Both the position numbers and the translations under genes were made by a program. The notes beneath the pieces were generated by a model that saw only the letters and a list, made by a program, of their open reading frames with translations, ran no database searches and had not been told where the DNA came from. A stretch of 64,000 bases of DNA from Plasmodiophora brassicae (Eukaryota), in NCBI GenBank assembly GCA_036867785.1, contig CP145419.1:930001-994000 (forward strand). Reading direction: 5' to 3'. Below, piece by piece: positions 57,997-64,000 of the stretch; within the stretch, counting starts at the first letter, position 1, and each line of letters begins with the position of its first letter.

Positions 57997-59328
57997 ATGG
58001 CGGCGCCAATGTCGACGGATACGCTGGTCGTGGGCGTATGGAGCGCGATCCTGGCGGTGACTTGCGGCTTATGGGGGATACCCGCGGTTCTGCTGTGGAA
58101 CCGTCGCCACCTGGAACCGATTCGAAGTCGGCGCCCTCATTTGCTGCTGGCCGTCGCGTACTTCATGTTGCTGTTAGCAGTTTGGGTCTGCGTGTCCACT
58201 GTGTTTCGTGACCGTATCTCAGTCGCCGTCAACGGGTTCGTCAATGGGTTCTTCCTGGAAACCGTCCTGGAGACGTTCACCTTCTTCTCCTTCTCGCTCT
58301 ACGTCGCGTACCGTCGCACGCTCAGCCAGATCAAGTTCGACGAGGACGCCTCCGGGTCAAACCAACGCAGGTGGCTCAGGATCTCCACCTGGCTCCTGAA
58401 GGACTCTGTCGCTTTCGCATGGGTGGCCTCCCAGGCCCTGATCCTGTTCGCAATTGAAGTCGCGTACGTGTCCGATCATCCGCAGCTCTGGCACATGACC
58501 ATCCTGGACGGCACCAACGACCCAACCAGCAACACCTACCGCAACATTGCCGCATATCGCTCCATGGTCACCGCGTTCCTGGCCATTGTGGTCTCCGTCC
58601 TCCTCCGCGGGGTTTCAGACGCGTTCGGGACCGTCGACATGATGAAGAAGACGGGCCTGACGGGCCTGATCGGTCTGGTCATCTACGCTGGCTTCTACAG
58701 GATCCTGGGGCCAATCTCCCCACTGGGCATTCCTCAAATGATATCGGTGCTCGCCTGCAACTCGGCTCTTTGGTTCGTCATGGGTCGTCCGCTCGTCGAT
58801 ACGTACCGGGCGAGCACGAGTTCGGCATCCCGGAAGGAGTCGTCGTCCAAGTCGGATCACATTCTGGAGACGTTTGAAGAGTTCCTGGCGACGACCGATG
58901 GGTTCGCCGCGTTCAAGGCACATTTGCAAACGGAGTTCGCTGTCGAGTCGTTGCTTTTCTGGGCGGCGGTTCGTAAGTTCCAAGCCGAATTCACGAACGA
59001 CCCCAACGGTGTCGACGCCGCCCGATCCATCTACAGCGACTTCCTGGCCAACAATGCCCCCTTGCAGATCAACCTGCCTTCAACATCGTTCCGCCACTTC
59101 CAGAACATCTTCGCCAATGCCGACTTGGCGGGTAACATCGAAGCGAACATGTTCGACCGGGCGTCGGAACAGATGGTGATCCTGATGGAGACCAACTCGC
59201 TGGCGCGCTTCCAGAAGTCGAAGAACGGGCACGTCTGGACCGAATTTATTGAGAACGGCGGGCCGATGCCGATTCCGTTGTCGGACACCACAACAGACAA
59301 TGTCCTGATGCGCGCTCATGCGCCCTAA
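57997..59328 (+). CDS. 7TM-RGS protein, tandem copy 2
   Basis: Colinear paralog of copy 1, sharing TDTL.VGVWS, YVAYRRTLSQIK, HLQTEFAVESLLFW and NSLARFQKS. Start is 57997 or 58009. Confidence 0.92.
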   Translation: MAAPMSTDTLVVGVWSAILAVTCGLWGIPAVLLWNRRHLEPIRSRRPHLLLAVAYFMLLLAVWVCVSTVFRDRISVAVNGFVNGFFLETVLETFTFFSFSLYVAYRRTLSQIKFDEDASGSNQRRWLRISTWLLKDSVAFAWVASQALILFAIEVAYVSDHPQLWHMTILDGTNDPTSNTYRNIAAYRSMVTAFLAIVVSVLLRGVSDAFGTVDMMKKTGLTGLIGLVIYAGFYRILGPISPLGIPQMISVLACNSALWFVMGRPLVDTYRASTSSASRKESSSKSDHILETFEEFLATTDGFAAFKAHLQTEFAVESLLFWAAVRKFQAEFTNDPNGVDAARSIYSDFLANNAPLQINLPSTSFRHFQNIFANADLAGNIEANMFDRASEQMVILMETNSLARFQKSKNGHVWTEFIENGGPMPIPLSDTTTDNVLMRAHAP

Positions 59329-59512
59329 ATTGGTGACGTGTCGCCCGACGGGTGCTGCATCAACAATAAATATCGCCTACATCAACGTACGTCCTTGAAA
59401 ACACTCAGGTCCAAGACAGCGAGGTGTGACAGTTATACGTTGTTCGCTTGTTGTTGCCGTGTGGCAAGGCCCGGATGAAGTGCCTTTAGGTGGTCGCCCA
59501 ATAGTACTGTTG

Positions 59513-62040
59513 CTACACGACTATAGATCTTTGGCGGGCGCGCGCGATCACGAGCGAGTAGGAAGCCGGAATGCGAGGCCAAGTGAGAGAGGGCGATCGA
59601 TCTCGCAGTTTGTGAAAGTCGGACACATCGCGTGCGCCCTGTACAACCGACTCGAGTTCAGAGACGTCCACGCCCTTCCACTCGGCGTATTGTCGGAACT
59701 GTTTCAGAAAGCCGTTAGAAACCTGTGCCATAGTAATATATTGTGTATACGTACACGATGCAGCAGTTCGTTTCTGACAACGCTGACGTGGAACGCCTAA
59801 CGTCTCAAGGAGCGCGACAACAACGAAAGTTGTCGCTTGATCAAGAAGTCGGCTAGAGCGACCTGGTTTCGAAATCGAATGCTGAAGTCGTGCGAAAGAT
59901 CGTGCACGGCCAAGTTCTGGAACTTGTCGGGCAACCCAACTGTGAAGTCGACGCCGACGCGCGGTGAACCTGGAGCAGTCCGGTCGACGTCCACGCTGGG
60001 AAGACCGATGGCATCGCCGTCGAAGAGACTGTCAGATGACCACCGAGAACGCAACGAAATGTCGTCTATGACGTCAGACAGGAACTCGGCGGACGGAGCG
60101 CGGCCCCTATGGTTTGGCTCAAGGTCCTGGATGCCGTCGAGGTGGGCCTCGATGTGAACACCGACTCGGTCATGATTACAGGCACGGTCGCCACCGACTT
60201 TGACGCTCTACTGGCAATCTGTAGGCAAGGATTTCGTTTACATTAGCGCTTTAATGACGCTCTCAAGTAAACGACGTTTCCTTGACATTGACGCTTGAAG
60301 TTTGTCACGAAACCGGCTTTCGTTGACCTTTACAGTGCCTGTAGGTAACTGCATGCAGCGCCTTGGAAGGACTGTTGTTTGACGCTTCTGGGTTTCTACG
60401 GTAGTGATATCACTGGAGCCACGGTAGGGCGACGTCAAAGTCCCCAATTAGCCACATCGGTACACACGATTTCATCTGCACATCGGACCCGTAACCGCCA
60501 TCACTGATAACTTCCTGTGGTACACAATGTTATCGATCACGCGGAACCACGGTTTCGAACATGTATAGACAGACCAGCTCAACGGCAAGTGCCCGACACC
60601 TCGCAAGCTCCATCGCAAGAAGCGACTCAGGGTCGATTCTGCAAATCAATAAATACACACGCGAATGGTGCATGAAGACACGCTCGACTGACTCCAGCGG
60701 ATCGAACGCGGGCCAGGGCCGATGCGTCGTCGCCTTCAGGATTGACGGTTGTCTTGGGAAAACGTTGAGCGCCCCTGGGCACATCTTCGAAACGTCGTTT
60801 GGTGGGTAGTTTTTATCGAACACTGCCGGGGGTCACACAAGGATCAGTAAAGGGGGTGAACTCCAAGGTCAACTGGCACCCAATTACGTGCGCAATCGTC
60901 CCGCAGAGCAAACGACACCACGCGCGGGGCCGACGATGACATTGGTGATGTGCCGGCCGCGACGGCAGGACGAGAGACGTTAGCAGGCAGCAGGCAAGCT
61001 GACGGCCCGGACGACGTAACAGCACATGCTGGCATCGCAAATGACCGCACCGTCAGAGATTGGCCGAAGTATCCGTCAGTCGGGGGGCGCCCGGCAGCAC
61101 TGGCAGGGGGCGCGTGCTTCCATGCAGCCGGTCGCGTCCTGCGTACAGTATCGCCGGCCAGCGGAATCACAGTGGTCAATGAGGAGCGCGCCACAGCGGA
61201 CATTGGCCAATGCGGCAAAACGATGACTGCTGTACAGATGGACCTGGCACTGGCAGTGAGCACTGCACTCTGCATCAGTTGCGCAATGTGCAGTTCCCCA
61301 GTCACGCGCAACACTCAGGCCAGCTCGAAAGAACGCAGGCGATGTACGACAAACGCCCATGTACCGACACGCCCCCGTTCGTCGATAAGAACGCCCCGGC
61401 CCGCCGCCAAAAAAGACCGCCATTTGGTCGGGGCCGGGCCGCCGGGCAATGACAGGTAGTGGTTGTACTGGGCCGACGTACCGCGACGTCGCCGGTTGCT
61501 GACGGCGTTGGCCGTAGATGCGGACAGTGCCGCGATGCACGCCACGTCGTACACGTCAGTGCCGATCGGGACCGGCGGCGACGCCGTCGAGCCGATCCCG
61601 TCGTCCGCTCGCCGCGCGTTCGTCGTCACCGCGTTCCACCGCTGTTTGACGCACTGCGCGTAAACAGTTCGACGGGCCGTTCGGCCTAAAACGTGTAGGG
61701 CTGAACCATGGCGCAGGTTCTTCACCATGTGCATATCGTACCTGGTGGTGTCGTCGCTGCCCCGCCTGACTGCCTGTCTTGATTTCCCCATCTCCTTGAT
61801 CGTCTTCTTCACCGTCGTGCGCCAGTCGGCGCCCCTGCCACAATACGTCGAAGACGAGTTTCTTCGGTACTCGTTCGCCGTACGAATAATACGTGTCTGA
61901 TCTGATCTCATCTGCAACACCTGACAATGGTTAATAGCGCTCCGGTGCCGACCTTCTCCTGTTCTCCTTCGTCCGATCGGTCGTTCTGTTCAATTTGTTC
62001 GCCTATCGCAACCAGACGGAGAAGGCCGCCCTTCATGTAC
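59513..62040 (-). CDS. Hypothetical multi-exon gene or genes; structure unresolved
   Basis: Successive coding-like minus-strand ORFs (59513-59731, 59797-60160, 60238-60447, 60530-60823, 60844-61920) with intron-like gaps. No family recognised. Confidence 0.3.
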
Positions 62041-62159
62041 GGGCTCGGTAACGGCGCCGATGCCGGCTTGCTCAACGGGTCGCACAATAGGCATCGAGAG
62101 CATCCGTGATCGGATCGTTGTTGTTCCTTGCCGTCAAGTTCTCACGCGCGTCTCATCGA

Positions 62160-63709
62160 CTACTGCCGCTTCTGATCACGGGGACGGCGATGTCGGTGGC
62201 CCAGTTCCTGGCCTTTACGTTGATTCGTCGTCGGCGAATTACGGCACCTCGGTACAAGTCTTCTACATCTGGTGGGTGCTGAAGACAAATGCTGTCTCCA
62301 CCGGGACTGACCATCGTCCTAAGGCCTTTCTCGAGGCGTGGGATACGAACAGCTTCCTGATGAGGCGAGCCCGTTCAGCGCTGTTGTCGATGATCTTGGA
62401 CCAGCGGCCCAGGACCTTCTCGAAGTCGACAGCCAGTTCATGGAGGTCGTATCGGCTGGATTGCGCGTACCTTTCTCTTTATTGATCAATTCCGTTCAGG
62501 TCGACCGCTTGTCGATTCATTATCGCATCCACAGGCATGCATCGAGCTCGCAGGTCATTTGCCTGGTAGGAGCAATGACGCTTTCTGCTGTGTACGGCTG
62601 TATTCTGACCGACCTCTGTAGTTGCATGGGTTTGGGGGCGGCGTCTTCGCCTGGCGACAAGTATGGGCGCAATTCTCCGAGATTGCAACCGTTGTCGCGT
62701 TCGACAGGCCCGGGTACGTGGCACCCGATGTCTATCTGGGCACTCGAGGTTGACTCGTCGATAGCTTCGGACTCAGTTCACGGCCGTTCGGCAATGATCT
62801 CCAAGCGCGGAAAGTGAACCCGTACTCTTTCCAGTATGCGGTCACGTTAACCCAGGCTGTGCTCGCGAACCTGGGCATCGATCGCGCCGTCTTCATTGGG
62901 CACTGCACTGGTATGTTCAAGTCAACTGGCGTCGACGTTTTCCACCACTAAGTCTGCGTTGTTCAGGCGCGTCGCTAGCAATGACGCTGGCAATGGAGAG
63001 TCACCCGGGTTTAGTACAAGCGATTGGCCTGGTTTCGTTTACAGAAAGCACGACAATGCCGGCGTTCGTTCGGTATGTGTCCATCCCGAATGGCCCTCTC
63101 GTCCGCGCTGACGTTTGCCCCTTGTAGGTCCATGTTCCGCACGAAGCTCGGGAAAGCTGTCATTATTCAGCTTGTTCGCACTGAGCTTGCTCAGGTACGG
63201 TCCGAGCCGGTCCAACCTGACCTGCTGACTGACTCGACTGTCAGGTCACGCTGCGCCGATCCTGGTACGATCCATCTCGCATCCCCGATGACGTGATTCG
63301 AAATTACAATTCGAGCCTCATCCTTCGACATTGGTCGGAAGCATTGTGTATGCTCGGTCGTTATTTCCAGGGCTCTGCGTGTACTGATTTACGATGTCCT
63401 GTAGCTGAGATGGTTAACGTCGCTGAGCATCACCACTGCATGGACCGTTGCGGTGAAATCAAGTGCCCTGTTGTAATTATCCAAGGGACTGACGACAGAG
63501 TGAGGTTGTTTCGCACGCATCCAAAGGTCTCCATTCAACATGTTCTGTGGCAGCTTTCCTCTTGGGCCGAACAGAAACGGCTGGCGACGTCGTTGCGCGA
63601 ACGTGCCCACGTATCACGGGTCCCTTTCTGTGGGCACAATCCCCAAGAGGAACAACCTGCCGCATTCGTTGACGTTGTCCGCCGGTTTCTCCTTCCTGGC
63701 AATTCATAA
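62160..63709 (+). CDS. Alpha/beta hydrolase (abhydrolase_1/6-like); 5' end uncertain
   Basis: Exons give LHGFGGGVFAW, AFDRPG|FGLSSRP, NPYS, VFIGHCTG, IIQGTDDR and CGHNPQEEQP. Confidence 0.85.
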
Positions 63710-64000
63710 TAGTAAAACCATTCCTGTCGACGGACGCGACGGTGTGGTCGTTAGTGGGTGGTCGGTTCGATCGAACGGAACCAGCAGACCAGGCGCCAAT
63801 GCTCCAGCTGCAGTCGCACAGCTCGGCCAACTTCCGATCGCTAGGGCGAGTGGGCACTACGAACACAGCAGGTCGTGTATGTACTGATGTGGTGAAGGGT
63901 GCGCGCGCATTGCAATCAGTGCGATGACGATGCCATGGCCTTTCTGCGTTCCTCGACGAGTGGCAGGAACCGACCTTTGCTGTGCAGCGCGTGGACATCG

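Overview
Eukaryotic, gene-dense, GC-rich DNA with many short (about 55-80 nt) GT-AG introns and CTGAC branch points. The architecture and gene content (CBM18 chitin deacetylase, 7TM-RGS, cilia genes) fit a phytomyxid such as Plasmodiophora brassicae; this is an inference. Conserved genes include an OSCA/TMEM63 channel, V-ATPase A, a GT47/RXYLT1-like glycosyltransferase, an OFA-type MFS transporter, TSR3, a ZIP transporter, a HADHA/FadJ-like enzyme, a UPF0193 protein, a GRIP golgin, importin-9, PA200, a TSNAXIP1-like protein, two 7TM-RGS paralogs and an alpha/beta hydrolase. Five signals stand out. (1) Eight intronless paralogs share signal peptide + conserved W..W cap + MORN repeats + basic NLS-like tail, in two converging clusters of four, and several share an upstream CAGAAATAG motif: a candidate secreted, nucleus-directed effector family. 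(2) A Mini-III-like RNase III + 2-3 dsRBD gene carries a pre-miRNA-like hairpin in an unusually long intron that splits the nuclease domain. (3) Two roughly 100-bp-arm fold-backs lie in transposon remnants (MULE/FAR1 and PIF/Harbinger). (4) An internally deleted, intron-retaining ABCD gene fragment lies next to the MULE remnant. (5) An LRR domain is fused to a hemolysin III/PAQR protein. Exon boundaries were read by eye, multi-exon CDS coordinates give the gene span, and no database searches were run.
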